From: a virus
Lineage: Duplodnaviria; Caudoviricetes
Reading direction: 5' to 3' (one strand)
DNA length: 45,052 bases
Virus record (IMG/VR): IMGVR_UViG_3300025296_000029
Span: 1-45,052 of that record
Every line of letters begins with the position of its first letter. The stretch's first letter is position 1. Positions 18,301-26,089 of the stretch are shown one piece after another. The position numbers and the translations under genes are program-made. The notes beneath the pieces were generated by a model that had not been told where the DNA came from, searched no databases, and saw only the letters and a list, made by a program, of their open reading frames with translations.

Positions 18301-21218
18301 AGGATACAGGTTTAGATATAATTTTCTCTTATAGTGATAAGGGTGTTTGGGAAAAATATAGTCCATTTCTTGAAGCTCAAAAAGAAGCAAAAACTTATGC
18401 AGGTGCAGGTGTGAGGGGATTAGCAAAGGATGAATGGATTAAAGTAAGTGAAAAGTCATATAAGGAAATTGAATCTGTATTAAATCAATTGAATAAACTG
18501 ACTCATTCAATGAAGAATGTTAAGTATAACGATTTGATAAGATTATTGGATATAAATGAATATCATCCACAAAATTGGAATGTGTTTTCAAAGAGTAAAA
18601 TGATAAGAGAAGATATTAAAGTAGGTCTTGGAAAAACTTTTATAAAATTAGCAGATAAATATAAGATACAGTTAGGAATGTCTGTCAATGCTATTCCTAA
18701 GGTGATGAAGGATCAGCCTTTTATGCGTATTGAAAAAGTTCTTGATACAAGTCTTAATGGGTTGGCAACTATCAATACATTCGATTTGCGTGTAACTTTG
18801 CAAAGAGATCATGATGGAGATCATATATACAAATATTTAAAGATACCTATATCCATGCTTAGAGATTATGTTGATGATATGGGAGATATACGAGATTATA
18901 CTCTTATTCAAGATTCTGAGTATACCCAAGGAATAAATATGTTTGGGTTTAAGGGCGGTGTTGCTGGGAAAGATATTTCTTCTATAGGATTTGATAAGGT
19001 AGCTCATGATATAGCTAAAAAAGATAGAATTGTATCTAGTGTAATTTCAAGGAAAGGAACCTTGAGTTATCTTTTAAATTCTGAATTAAAGTTGGATGAT
19101 AACCTTTTTGTATCTGAAGTGTTTAATAATAAGAATGTAAATCTAGCAGTGTCAAAAGCATTGGATGTATTTCAAAGGGGAGGGGAAATATTTCAGAGTT
19201 CTTTGGATAAATGGAAAAAAACCCCAAAGATCGCTAGAAATATTGAAGATATTGAGGACTATTTTATTTATGGTTTATATCCATCAGATCTTAGTAAACC
19301 AAGTGTAAAACACAGTACAGAAAGTTTTTTACAATCTGGATTTGGTATAAAGGATAAATTTGAAAGGGATATGTTCAGGATTATGCATAGAACTCTTAGT
19401 AAAGCAAGAGTTATGGATAATGATGTATATGATGCTGCAGGACGAAGACAGCCTACCACTAGTGAATTACGTAGAGCAAGAACTAATATTAACTCGTTTT
19501 TTGATAATCCAAATAGATATTTAATAATGGGTTTACTTGGAGATGCGAGGAGGATGAGGAAAAAGAAAAATTACGATGGAGCAAGCAAACAGATTGATAA
19601 TGTGATTGGTTTTTTCTATAGGAATGTTTCGGTTAGTTCATCAAGATATCCTAAGATATATTCTGATTTAGAGAAAGGATATATACCATCAGGATTAGAA
19701 AGAAGATTTACTGTAGATAAAACTCTTGGAATTAAGAGTAGTATGAGTGGACATGTTTTGGATGAAGTCATAAGAAATCCTATTTTTTATGAGAGGGACA
19801 ATAAAGGTGAATCAACTAAAAATAGAACCATGTTCCAACATTATAATAACTTGAGAAATAAGCTAGAAATTATAATGTCTTATGGAGATGTAACACCTGA
19901 AAGAATTGATGAAATGATTTTAACAGACAGTGCATTTACAGAAATAGTTAATGGACAGTCTGTATTTAAAGCTAATCTTAGTGGTATAATAAGGTTTGTT
20001 GCTAATAGTCAGCATGCGAATTCAGTAGGAAATTTGAGGCTTTTGAAGAATGAAACTTTTAAAGATTTAAATAAAATAGAAAGAGCTGAAGATAGAATTA
20101 CTGTAATCCAGAAAGTTATTGATGTGTTGGATCGCCAAATGGCTAGAGATGCTATACTTCGTAAAGCTCAAGACTTAAAACTTTTTAAGATAAATCCTCC
20201 TAAAGATGATATAAATTGGGAATACAGAGATTTTAAGTTGAATGGTAATTTGTATAGAATTAAAGGAACAGTATCAAAAGACGATTTGGATCCTACAACA
20301 TCTATGGGGTCGCTTGAATATATAGGGTCAATAAGAGATGGACGTAAACAAAGAGTACGCAGAGGATATACTTATATTGTTGATAAGAGACCTCCCAGGT
20401 TTGTAACTGTTGATGATCCAGAAGTAAGATGGAATAGAGCTTTTGCACAGGCAACAGGAGTTGGTACACATAGATCAAGTGATATTGATCCTTCTCGTTA
20501 TCATTACGATAATGAACCTCTTGGTTTGAATAGACTTTTGTCTGCTGTAGATGCTTTAAGAAGAGGTGTAAGCGATTCTTATAGCAGAGCACATGAAGCA
20601 GCAGATAAACAGCCAATTGATAGAAATGATATTTATTATTATAATTCTGTTATGACTGATAGATTGATAGGAAAGTTTTTTAAAGATTTTAGTACTCCAG
20701 ATAATTTTGAAGGTCTTTTAAAGTATTTGATCCAGCCACAGATACAAAGGAATATGTATGTAAAAGAAGGCACTGAAGAAATGCCTTACTTTAAGATGAA
20801 TACTCATCTTATTCAATCTGTATTTAATTGGATGAGAAGACCAGCAGTTGGAGGTCAACCAAGTAATGCAGAAAGGCATGGATTTGATCCAAGAACATCG
20901 ATAGAAAGTATTATTAAAGATACGAATCATTGGTATGATCATACAACTGGTCAGTCAGAATTGAAAACTCAGCAGTATAATAGGATGAGGATGGCAGGAC
21001 GTGAAGATTGGAGTAGATTTAGAATGTCTACTGGTGATATTTTAATGAGTGATTGGTATGTCAATCCAGTATTGAGCAATTATGCCAGAGGTTTTATATT
21101 GGGAAGAGGAGATATTACCAGGATGAAGGATAATACTGGAAAACCAAGTTATTTTTATGATTATACAAAAAGTGGACCCCCTGATAAAAGAATGAAGAAA
21201 ATAATGGGATGCCGATAA
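12387..21218 (+). CDS. Giant internal virion protein, putative two-barrel (DPBB) virion RNA polymerase
   Basis: QRDHDGDH (nt 18801-18824) preceded by NAIPK...MRIEKVL...LATIN; upstream LDGG...LGKG...VDLLVGESVAK; downstream QSSLDKWK. Located in the ejection block. Confidence 0.7.
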   Translation: MPDPNGGISIEEYLKYLEQQNARNLSATSDTGTVPSVLGDVPSVDVDPTAQGWTARRKRLGLEVVDEVSSDNAALDFLGSLAWGGVHGITWGTSEFVEKAKSWDEMNDWEKAGWVTGEGLSLFTPFVGPFALLGKGGQIATRALRGNNFIRKAASNLVKEEAIIAKGLLDQAKARGVVSPAVSRSLERQFAKQLPKALKDKHSIARLRDLNADVTAARTASVGLRSQSEDVIGKVLEGAGVPINVAAQRKLAKSFVEELGKGRYVNDIGEWVTRSFGGTNPGRISQYLGMAAQDFLYLGLHALGVEKIDSLAHKRSADYADIPMSTTVMSLGFPLIRGIGRGGRESLTRGITSYAQRYKKINYNKISEMPGGDATARELLKSNVKGANINIINSSEHGQKTWTVFGKSYMGKQDILHQADTMPLEHVVGLLNKMRLSVSQSLVKRWNSNYWGDLLASTPRMGTGILFMNYGAFQSGAFKNMSPQELSSHLFMAAFMTKGKGAWDHAGKRGYLSSEYGEMNRALEFLQTDHKQMDATISTMKIRNMIDKHGVVHGNNPIADEIVNVFDSVIEGERIAWRNDGEFISSTKYAKVQELLSAYNAIKRMKDKSFTHVTIDDMNTQALDMIKRDLGVVKIRDKSVDDILKDDLREELTEETKKEIISDEYGILGLLSERFGIPFSIVPVPEGTPLKGSARLIKTPEDGNNYPNIHEYNNLIVKYGSLLNIDIIDKPALATKLAKDRNMEVRDYDNALGDVTHEYMVNMEGRYLNHNLYLEFGDNIFLQALHDINASQAKSDIYKVVSNVETDKQNVITLREALVHVFGQKGKFSENIYDNEVDKKVGEELLSDAKISENLLIIQPVYDLMKSLSNIGKTRSPKLNIKSGDVQEVADKVGDMVNRLPGDWKPPNLYIRGLEEFQSRIFTGGNRLSYTAFQRAKDDGLIRMDFEGGVRKIIFPSENAIDNGLPGDPVSARAVKEAVRGVYDLFNPQMVDRAHHVPFEADLLKWIGIHQEVTHSKVKDFVENINDTLRNLSKDSMVVTQIASLRKLSDEIRSEMVSPKKVLDADKIDKALAEAKLIHETLIAEKNISVEASKKLDGLITALELGIAESKDLPSRTFSEENYGKMIETFDELIQFEIEADHVQKRELSRFLIKLENHITQKDPNISYTDSKMLLEKLTADFHGLLGNRKSAEVPLQELIDEFNNTGNWRDARTVIDALVKTAGRFNAHHEAYNDIAAKMVNEIQGEKLNTERPVNYQELLFKYPSIQDPNNPNAVSNRFVSDISDAFDPAKPKITAPDVFEDYIYSDIRKKYSNSGEQAVKIEEFNTAEALPLLQNVFGQVLRKVFVLDHDRLNLDEKPMRHSLSTMVLDRTNTVDPQFKYEYILLSGSIKIGDRTINMDDSYEIGGDWLKMQNYIDKAITVDMSEMKGLYEQLRNVDYVIDIPSLGSLKPVSESSKVYMRLSPKMRIVFPKTEENLDLLNRDFDDIYTQKLTDYTGPENKKRLRAFKKAFKNYFNTTDQDNEILRLKMMFVHFNRTMGPQFDDMMNKMDVDRGEIEFNSFKRGLLSDGGTTTHLTRQALEWSRDNNSDPSVRTKAQKLLDDGIKIGVVNDEPANKADDHFFSNKKIVIKQLSDRVANLVTIAGRDTQESKIVDSFVQDITEGTYTSLNSFFLDGGKFSSIPFSQLIRSVKGGGDWNGMKTIIMDNDMLGKGFTVYNPEVASVLTNLGVDLLVGESVAKTLNLNRAQAFTIDPARSLERGWEADLSYMDESNFMSIPYKNFGISFTTHSDPGVNYSSSMFDFQSTRHLRQAKRLYKIDEIIQKMGTINNNKDFANGDLLRILYKIRQEETGQQLTTDSYTLTETLLEYGGRESNPLLQKDLERLLQSDFYKILSSRPTRHGEEGIAAVDVDNTLSNPVYAQFENLRNNKIANSVYQYGGGSITRALANQLISRDSKTVADMRDISFIARDKDTGLDIIFSYSDKGVWEKYSPFLEAQKEAKTYAGAGVRGLAKDEWIKVSEKSYKEIESVLNQLNKLTHSMKNVKYNDLIRLLDINEYHPQNWNVFSKSKMIREDIKVGLGKTFIKLADKYKIQLGMSVNAIPKVMKDQPFMRIEKVLDTSLNGLATINTFDLRVTLQRDHDGDHIYKYLKIPISMLRDYVDDMGDIRDYTLIQDSEYTQGINMFGFKGGVAGKDISSIGFDKVAHDIAKKDRIVSSVISRKGTLSYLLNSELKLDDNLFVSEVFNNKNVNLAVSKALDVFQRGGEIFQSSLDKWKKTPKIARNIEDIEDYFIYGLYPSDLSKPSVKHSTESFLQSGFGIKDKFERDMFRIMHRTLSKARVMDNDVYDAAGRRQPTTSELRRARTNINSFFDNPNRYLIMGLLGDARRMRKKKNYDGASKQIDNVIGFFYRNVSVSSSRYPKIYSDLEKGYIPSGLERRFTVDKTLGIKSSMSGHVLDEVIRNPIFYERDNKGESTKNRTMFQHYNNLRNKLEIIMSYGDVTPERIDEMILTDSAFTEIVNGQSVFKANLSGIIRFVANSQHANSVGNLRLLKNETFKDLNKIERAEDRITVIQKVIDVLDRQMARDAILRKAQDLKLFKINPPKDDINWEYRDFKLNGNLYRIKGTVSKDDLDPTTSMGSLEYIGSIRDGRKQRVRRGYTYIVDKRPPRFVTVDDPEVRWNRAFAQATGVGTHRSSDIDPSRYHYDNEPLGLNRLLSAVDALRRGVSDSYSRAHEAADKQPIDRNDIYYYNSVMTDRLIGKFFKDFSTPDNFEGLLKYLIQPQIQRNMYVKEGTEEMPYFKMNTHLIQSVFNWMRRPAVGGQPSNAERHGFDPRTSIESIIKDTNHWYDHTTGQSELKTQQYNRMRMAGREDWSRFRMSTGDILMSDWYVNPVLSNYARGFILGRGDITRMKDNTGKPSYFYDYTKSGPPDKRMKKIMGCR

Positions 21219-21323
21219 TGAAAATTAACGAAAAAGTTATCTCATGTATATCAAATTTTCAGATTGATTTTAAAAAGGTGCCCTGCCCTACACATCAAAT
21301 TTTGAAACTTTTTAGGAGTAGTA

Positions 21324-23981
21324 ATGTCAGCAGGTTGTAATGAAGTTCAGTCAGCAGGAGTAGATATTGATTATAATGCTGAAAGAATGAATGAGATATT
21401 CAAATATTGGGTTGATAAGCCTAATATCAGGAAAAGATATACGAGACCTGATGGAACATTTGAAAAAGAGATAGCTGAAAAAGGTTTAGAAAGCTATGTT
21501 TGGGATATACTTGATTATCCGTTTAAAGTAGAGCAGAATTTTACAGATAGACAGTTAAAAAGGATAAAAATAGCTATTGATGGACATGATAAAGATTTGA
21601 CAGGAAAGTTTAAGAATATAGCTGGAATTTTTGCTGTACCCAGGGGATTGGCAAGATTGGATCCATCATCTAATAAAATGTTAATGGACCTGGAAAGTGC
21701 TAAAAACTATGAACGTAATAAGATGAGTCAGGTGGAATTTTCCATTCAGGAGATCAAAGATAAAATATTATCTGCTCATATTGATGTAAATAAGGGAGGT
21801 AGGTTTTTTGGTAATAAGAGTTATAAGGAATATAGAAAGATAAGAGATAAGATTGTAAAAGCAAAAGATGAGCATGTAGAACAGGCTGTACATGATGCTG
21901 TTAAAGGATTTTATTTAACAGATAATGGAAAACTTCTTGGGGAATATCATACTCTAGTCAAGTTAGCAAGTAAAAATCCTGAAAACGGTAGATCTAAGAA
22001 TTCTGAACTTGATATTGCAATTCGTAATGGATACTTACATACAGATCCTGTTACAGATGTACAAAAAATGGTTAAGTATAATCCTAAAATAATACAGGCA
22101 GTAGAGATGTCTCATAATTTGCTGGATACTGTTGGTAGAGTTCATATTGCTTCTTTCCGAGAAATGGCTAATGTTATTGATTTTAAGTTTTCCAGGTTTA
22201 ATCCTGCAAGCAAGAATCTCATGGATAAATTAGAAGCTGCAGCTGTACGTATAGAGGGTAGGATGGAGAAAGGAGATTATTTCCCGAAGATTATATTGGA
22301 AACTATGTATGATATGAAAGTAAAGCTTGAGGATATGATAACAGAGTCCAATATAAGTACTGCAAATGAATATATGAATGAAATGATGGGCATTACAGAC
22401 GGATTGTTAGGTCAATTAAATCAAGCTCCTAAAAATACAAAAGCAGCAAGTAGAAATTTGAATCTTTTATGGGAATCTGATCCATATGTAATCCTGGAAA
22501 AATATTCAAGGGATGCTATTCAGTTTAATAAGAATATTCATATACAGAGGGCATATCTTGAAGCAATGAGAACTATTCCTAATGCAGATACTGCATTTTT
22601 AAAAGGAATGAAAAGTTTTATAATGGAAGAATATCTTGTAGCTAATACTGAAGGCAGAAGTCGTCCTAAATGGGTAAATGATTGGACACGTACCATAAAT
22701 AGTTTTCAGACAGGAAGAACTATGGGATTAAATATAACTGGTGGAATAAAAAATGCTGCCAGTGTGCTTCATTATTCATCCAGAGTAGGTCTCAAAGCTA
22801 TTAGAAATGCAAAAAAATCATATCAAAATTTGAAAATGAAAGAGATTGTTGATAGGGTAGAAAAAGAAGAAGGTTTTCTATTTACTCCAAGTGATAGTGC
22901 TATTATGATGGAGGGTATTGTAGGCAGGGATAAATATAGTAAGAATGAGCTTGTATTTAATGAACAAAAAGGTCAGTATTTTTATAAAGGTACTATGGTA
23001 AAAGATCTTGTTGAAAAGATGGGAGATAAAACACTTGGATTTTTATTATCATTTCATAGATGGACTGAAAATGGACAAAGGAAATTTATGTTCAGGACTT
23101 CATTTATTAATAAATTTCAGGAATTATCTGCTACCAATAAGTTATCTGAAAAAGACAATGAAAAATTTGCTAAGAATTATGCCTTAAAAATGGTAAATGG
23201 ATGGGCATATGAATATGCTCCATTTGCTAAAAATAAGTGGGTGCGAGGCAGTCAGAATATTAAGATAGTGGATGAAGTTGGAGAGTCTTACATAATTAGA
23301 AAAGGTCCCAAAGCTGCTGGAGCAGGTCTTAGTGAGGTAGCATTCCATTTAATGCATTATCCTATGAGCCTTCTAGAAACGCATGTAAGCCAGTTAAAGG
23401 CAGCAGGACAGTCAGCTAAGGCTGGTAACTGGGATTCACCCGAAATGCAGTATATGATGCGATATGCGGGTGTATTTGGGCTAATACAGCTAGGATCTAT
23501 TTTACTTAATGCTAATCTTAATAATATATTAGAAAATGAGACTCTTAATAGATTAGGTAGAATTGAAAGAGATCTGCTTGAATATGGAAATGAAGACAGA
23601 GCTACATTTGGATTACTATCTGAATTTACAGGTCCTACTGTAGGTCATTTAAAATATTTCAGTATAATGGGTGGTCTTGTGAAGCTTGATTCTCCTGCTA
23701 AAAAGATTCTTCTTGGCAATGTAGATTATACAGAAGATACTGAGGATAGCAGAAGATATACTGATTATCAATACAGTACAGAATATGGAAGAATAAAACA
23801 CAAAATATATCCTGCAATACGTGACGGACGGAGCATAGACTTAGCTAGGCATTACCTTGCTTGGTATCCAACTACTTGGATCAAGAAGGCTAGAGAACGC
23901 TTAGGATTGAAAAAACCAAGTAAGTCTAAATTTACTACAGAAGAAATATTATACTCCATTCGTCCTAGTGCTTTTCGTTAA
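21324..23981 (+). CDS. Large helical ejection / DNA-transfer protein
   Basis: DYFP...MGLNITGGIKN...ENGQR...YP pattern resembles C-terminal regions of podovirus ejectosome proteins; last gene of the + arm. Confidence 0.55.
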   Translation: MSAGCNEVQSAGVDIDYNAERMNEIFKYWVDKPNIRKRYTRPDGTFEKEIAEKGLESYVWDILDYPFKVEQNFTDRQLKRIKIAIDGHDKDLTGKFKNIAGIFAVPRGLARLDPSSNKMLMDLESAKNYERNKMSQVEFSIQEIKDKILSAHIDVNKGGRFFGNKSYKEYRKIRDKIVKAKDEHVEQAVHDAVKGFYLTDNGKLLGEYHTLVKLASKNPENGRSKNSELDIAIRNGYLHTDPVTDVQKMVKYNPKIIQAVEMSHNLLDTVGRVHIASFREMANVIDFKFSRFNPASKNLMDKLEAAAVRIEGRMEKGDYFPKIILETMYDMKVKLEDMITESNISTANEYMNEMMGITDGLLGQLNQAPKNTKAASRNLNLLWESDPYVILEKYSRDAIQFNKNIHIQRAYLEAMRTIPNADTAFLKGMKSFIMEEYLVANTEGRSRPKWVNDWTRTINSFQTGRTMGLNITGGIKNAASVLHYSSRVGLKAIRNAKKSYQNLKMKEIVDRVEKEEGFLFTPSDSAIMMEGIVGRDKYSKNELVFNEQKGQYFYKGTMVKDLVEKMGDKTLGFLLSFHRWTENGQRKFMFRTSFINKFQELSATNKLSEKDNEKFAKNYALKMVNGWAYEYAPFAKNKWVRGSQNIKIVDEVGESYIIRKGPKAAGAGLSEVAFHLMHYPMSLLETHVSQLKAAGQSAKAGNWDSPEMQYMMRYAGVFGLIQLGSILLNANLNNILENETLNRLGRIERDLLEYGNEDRATFGLLSEFTGPTVGHLKYFSIMGGLVKLDSPAKKILLGNVDYTEDTEDSRRYTDYQYSTEYGRIKHKIYPAIRDGRSIDLARHYLAWYPTTWIKKARERLGLKKPSKSKFTTEEILYSIRPSAFR

Positions 23982-23991
23982 CTTTAATAAA

Positions 23992-24195
23992 TTATTTTAT
24001 TTCAATAGTTAAGGATATTTTTATATAGTTAAATATATGTATTCTAATGCATGATGATACATTGTTAATGATAAACATGAAGATAAATGGAAACAAATTT
24101 ATTCTTATAAATCTTTGTTGTTCATCTTTTATTTGAGTTTTACCAATCCAGGCTCCAAGGATTGTTCCACCTAATCCATAAGTTTTATTATCCAT
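23992..24195 (-). CDS. Hypothetical protein
   Basis: ORF following the resolvase in the operon. Confidence 0.45.
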   Translation of the reverse strand: MDNKTYGLGGTILGAWIGKTQIKDEQQRFIRINLFPFIFMFIINNVSSCIRIHIFNYIKISLTIEIK

Positions 24196-24200
24196 TTTAT

Positions 24201-24527
24201 CTATCTTTCTTTAGGCATTGAGGATACAAACTTATCATTTAACCAATCATCAAATCGCATGATAATAAGTGTTTCTCCTCTATCTTGTTTACATACCACA
24301 GCATCTACATGTACACTTGGAAGTAGAAATGATGCTAACTTCTTCCTGCATTTAGCTTGTATCTTTACTTTAGGTTCTTTACCAATAGTAAGATCTACTT
24401 CTTCATGAAAACCTAATGATTGACCATTGGATCCCCATGCACGTTCAGCAGTAAAACCTGCACTTTTTGCTTCATTTACTATTGCTCTTTCAAATCTGTT
24501 ACCTTTTGCTTTACTTGGATGTGGCAT
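24201..24527 (-). CDS. Holliday junction resolvase (Hjc-like PD-(D/E)XK)
   Basis: SKAKGNRFER...VDL...IQAK...LIIMRFDDW. Confidence 0.8.
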   Translation of the reverse strand: MPHPSKAKGNRFERAIVNEAKSAGFTAERAWGSNGQSLGFHEEVDLTIGKEPKVKIQAKCRKKLASFLLPSVHVDAVVCKQDRGETLIIMRFDDWLNDKFVSSMPKER

Positions 24528-24759
24528 TTAATGCTCCTTTTTTTGCTTCTCTTCTTCGTTTACGTTCTGCAGAACTTTTTTTACTTGCTTTCCATTCACC
24601 ATATTTTCTTATACAATATCCCTGGAATATCCACCAACCGTTTCCATTTTCCTCAAACAGTTTATTACGGTCTTTGATATATTTGGGATCATCTAGATCA
24701 CCTTTGTAAGGCCATTCTCTTGTAGAAAATGTTTTCCAGTCATAGTTCTTTCTAGCCAT
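24511..24759 (-). CDS. Hypothetical basic protein
   Basis: GGGAG RBS; overlaps neighbours. Confidence 0.6.
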   Translation of the reverse strand: MARKNYDWKTFSTREWPYKGDLDDPKYIKDRNKLFEENGNGWWIFQGYCIRKYGEWKASKKSSAERKRRREAKKGALNATSK

Positions 24760-25015
24760 CTAGCTCTTCTCCCTTTTTAAAGTAATCCACATCTTTTATT
24801 TCACCATCAACCATAAATACACCAGATACTTCTCTATTTGATTTTACTATTGAATACCCTAATGCAACATCATCATCGTATACTATTAAATCATTAGCTT
24901 TCTTGAACTTTTCCTCTTCAATTGCATCAGCATGTTCTTTACAAGAACAACAGATATCACTATCTGGATATCCGAGTTCTAAAAATAATGCTCCACAACA
25001 ATTAGTTACTTTCAT
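24752..25015 (-). CDS. Zinc-finger-containing hypothetical protein
   Basis: TNCCGA...ICCSCKEHA N-terminus; C-terminus similar to the ORF at 28094-28249. Confidence 0.65.
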   Translation of the reverse strand: MKVTNCCGALFLELGYPDSDICCSCKEHADAIEEEKFKKANDLIVYDDDVALGYSIVKSNREVSGVFMVDGEIKDVDYFKKGEELDG

Positions 25016-25047
25016 TGATTATGTCCTTCCATGACAAGTTTAAAATA

Positions 25048-25143
25048 TTAGGGCAGTCAGTTTGCCAACCCAGCAATTACGTGTACTTGCTAGCTTTCAT
25101 CAATAGAACAATTTTGTTATTGATTCAAGTTATACTGCCCTAA
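25048..25143 (-). ncRNA. Putative structured RNA element A (closed by 10-bp stem)
   Basis: ttagggcagt (25048-57) / actgccctaa (25134-43); internal hairpins atcaata/tattgat and ccagcaa/ttgctag (G-U on - strand). Confidence 0.55.
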
Positions 25144-25175
25144 AATTGTTATTTATTTATTTTTCCTTTCAATTA

Positions 25176-25350
25176 TTGAGGACTTGGCATAGAACGGTGG
25201 GTAAGACAAGGTAAGGATGTTCTATTAGCGTTAATTCGCTGTTTACTTGCCAAGGCTAGCCCTGTAACAATTATTACTACTGCAGCCTCACAACTGCCTT
25301 CAGGGGGTTCTAATGCTCGCTTTCGCATAACAAGGACACCAAGCCCTTAA
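25176..25350 (-). ncRNA. Putative structured RNA element B
   Basis: ttgaggacttgg (25176-87) / ccaagcccttaa (25339-50), with one G-U on the - strand and one mismatch; internal atagaac/gttctat, agcg/cgct, aggct/agcct and a GC-GAAA-GC loop. Confidence 0.5.
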
Positions 25351-25361
25351 TTCTTTAATTC

Positions 25362-25543
25362 TTTGGTTCAGCTAGCCCCTAACTCAGCAATCAGAGTTTT
25401 AACCGTATAGGATTAGTCCAACATTTAACAGGAAGTTAACCATATTACAAATTGCAAACCTGTTAATGTCCAGCATTTTTACAGAATTATGACAGTTATT
25501 ATAGTCAATTTTACCTTTTCTGCTCATCGGTGACTGAACCAAA
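25362..25543 (-). ncRNA. Putative structured RNA element C
   Basis: Perfect tttggttcag (25362-71) / ctgaaccaaa (25534-43); internal acatttaacagg/cctgttaatgt and aactc/gagtt hairpins. Strand taken from the neighbours. Confidence 0.55.
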
Positions 25544-25547
25544 ATTT

Positions 25548-25620
25548 ATGAGTATAGGTTCATTAGTTGTATTAGTAGGATTCTGACATCACGTAGTGTG
25601 AAAACCATACCTATACTCAT
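25548..25620 (-). ncRNA. Putative structured RNA element D
   Basis: Perfect 12-bp atgagtataggt (25548-59) / acctatactcat (25609-20). Strand taken from the neighbours. Confidence 0.5.
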
Positions 25621-25668
25621 TCGATAAACTGTAACTCGATCGCCAAATCTAACTATTCATGCTAACCA

Positions 25669-25935
25669 TTAGTTATGATCAGTTTCCAGTTTATCTATAT
25701 ACTTTTGAACTTTTACACCTAATAATCTGCTATTTGTATGTAGCTGATCAATATGAACCATTGTTTCTGTTAATAGTGATTCCACATGATCTAACTTACA
25801 TTTTAGATCAGAGATTTCACTTTGATAATGCTCTTCAGGCATCTTTGAATCAAAAATATCTCCCATTATCTGACTCTCTTTCTTAGTTATAGTATTATAA
25901 ACACTTATTTCTTTAAACAATCCCATATCAAACAA
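25669..25935 (-). CDS. Hypothetical coiled-coil protein (start may be 25926)
   Basis: Heptad pattern; operon position. Confidence 0.55.
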   Translation of the reverse strand: MFDMGLFKEISVYNTITKKESQIMGDIFDSKMPEEHYQSEISDLKCKLDHVESLLTETMVHIDQLHTNSRLLGVKVQKYIDKLETDHN

Positions 25936-26089
25936 TTCCTACTCGAGTTTCTAATCTTTTAATTCTATAAACTACATTAATTATTTTTTGTTCAAGTGAA
26001 TCTAAATTATCCATCATCTTTAACATATCTTCCTTAATGTCTTTGAGTTCTGTATTATTTTTTACTACAGGTTTTGTTGTTTTAGCCAT
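25928..26089 (-). CDS. 53-aa coiled-coil protein, paralogue-like to 31237-31461
   Basis: MAKTTKPVVKNNTELKDIKEDMLKMMDNLDSLEQKIINVVYRIKRLETRVGIV; GAGG RBS; not in the ORF track. Confidence 0.65.
   Translation of the reverse strand: MAKTTKPVVKNNTELKDIKEDMLKMMDNLDSLEQKIINVVYRIKRLETRVGIV

Noticed and set aside
408-20942. Short antisense or alternate-frame ORFs nested in the large + strand genes (likewise + strand ORFs within the - arm)
   Set aside because: Shadow ORFs with no RBS or motifs, fully overlapping better-supported genes.
12387-21218. T7/N4-type single-subunit RNA polymerase or tape-measure protein
   Set aside because: No recognisable Pol-A-type motifs A/B/C or tape-measure repeats; the DxDGD context fits the two-barrel class better.
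21218-21340. 40-codon ORF between the two giant genes
   Set aside because: Coupled start but no motif or clear RBS; cannot be distinguished from chance.
25510-25532. Hammerhead ribozyme core (CCGAUGAG...GAAA on the - strand)
   Set aside because: Lacks the CUGANGA consensus and there is no room for stem II.
25548-25620. tRNA (73-nt stem-closed unit; also considered for elements E and F)
   Set aside because: No TTCG T-loop, D-loop GG or cloverleaf on either strand.
25048-25620. CRISPR array or MITE copies
   Set aside because: The flanking repeats are inverted and different for each unit; there are no direct repeats, evident target-site duplications or transposase.
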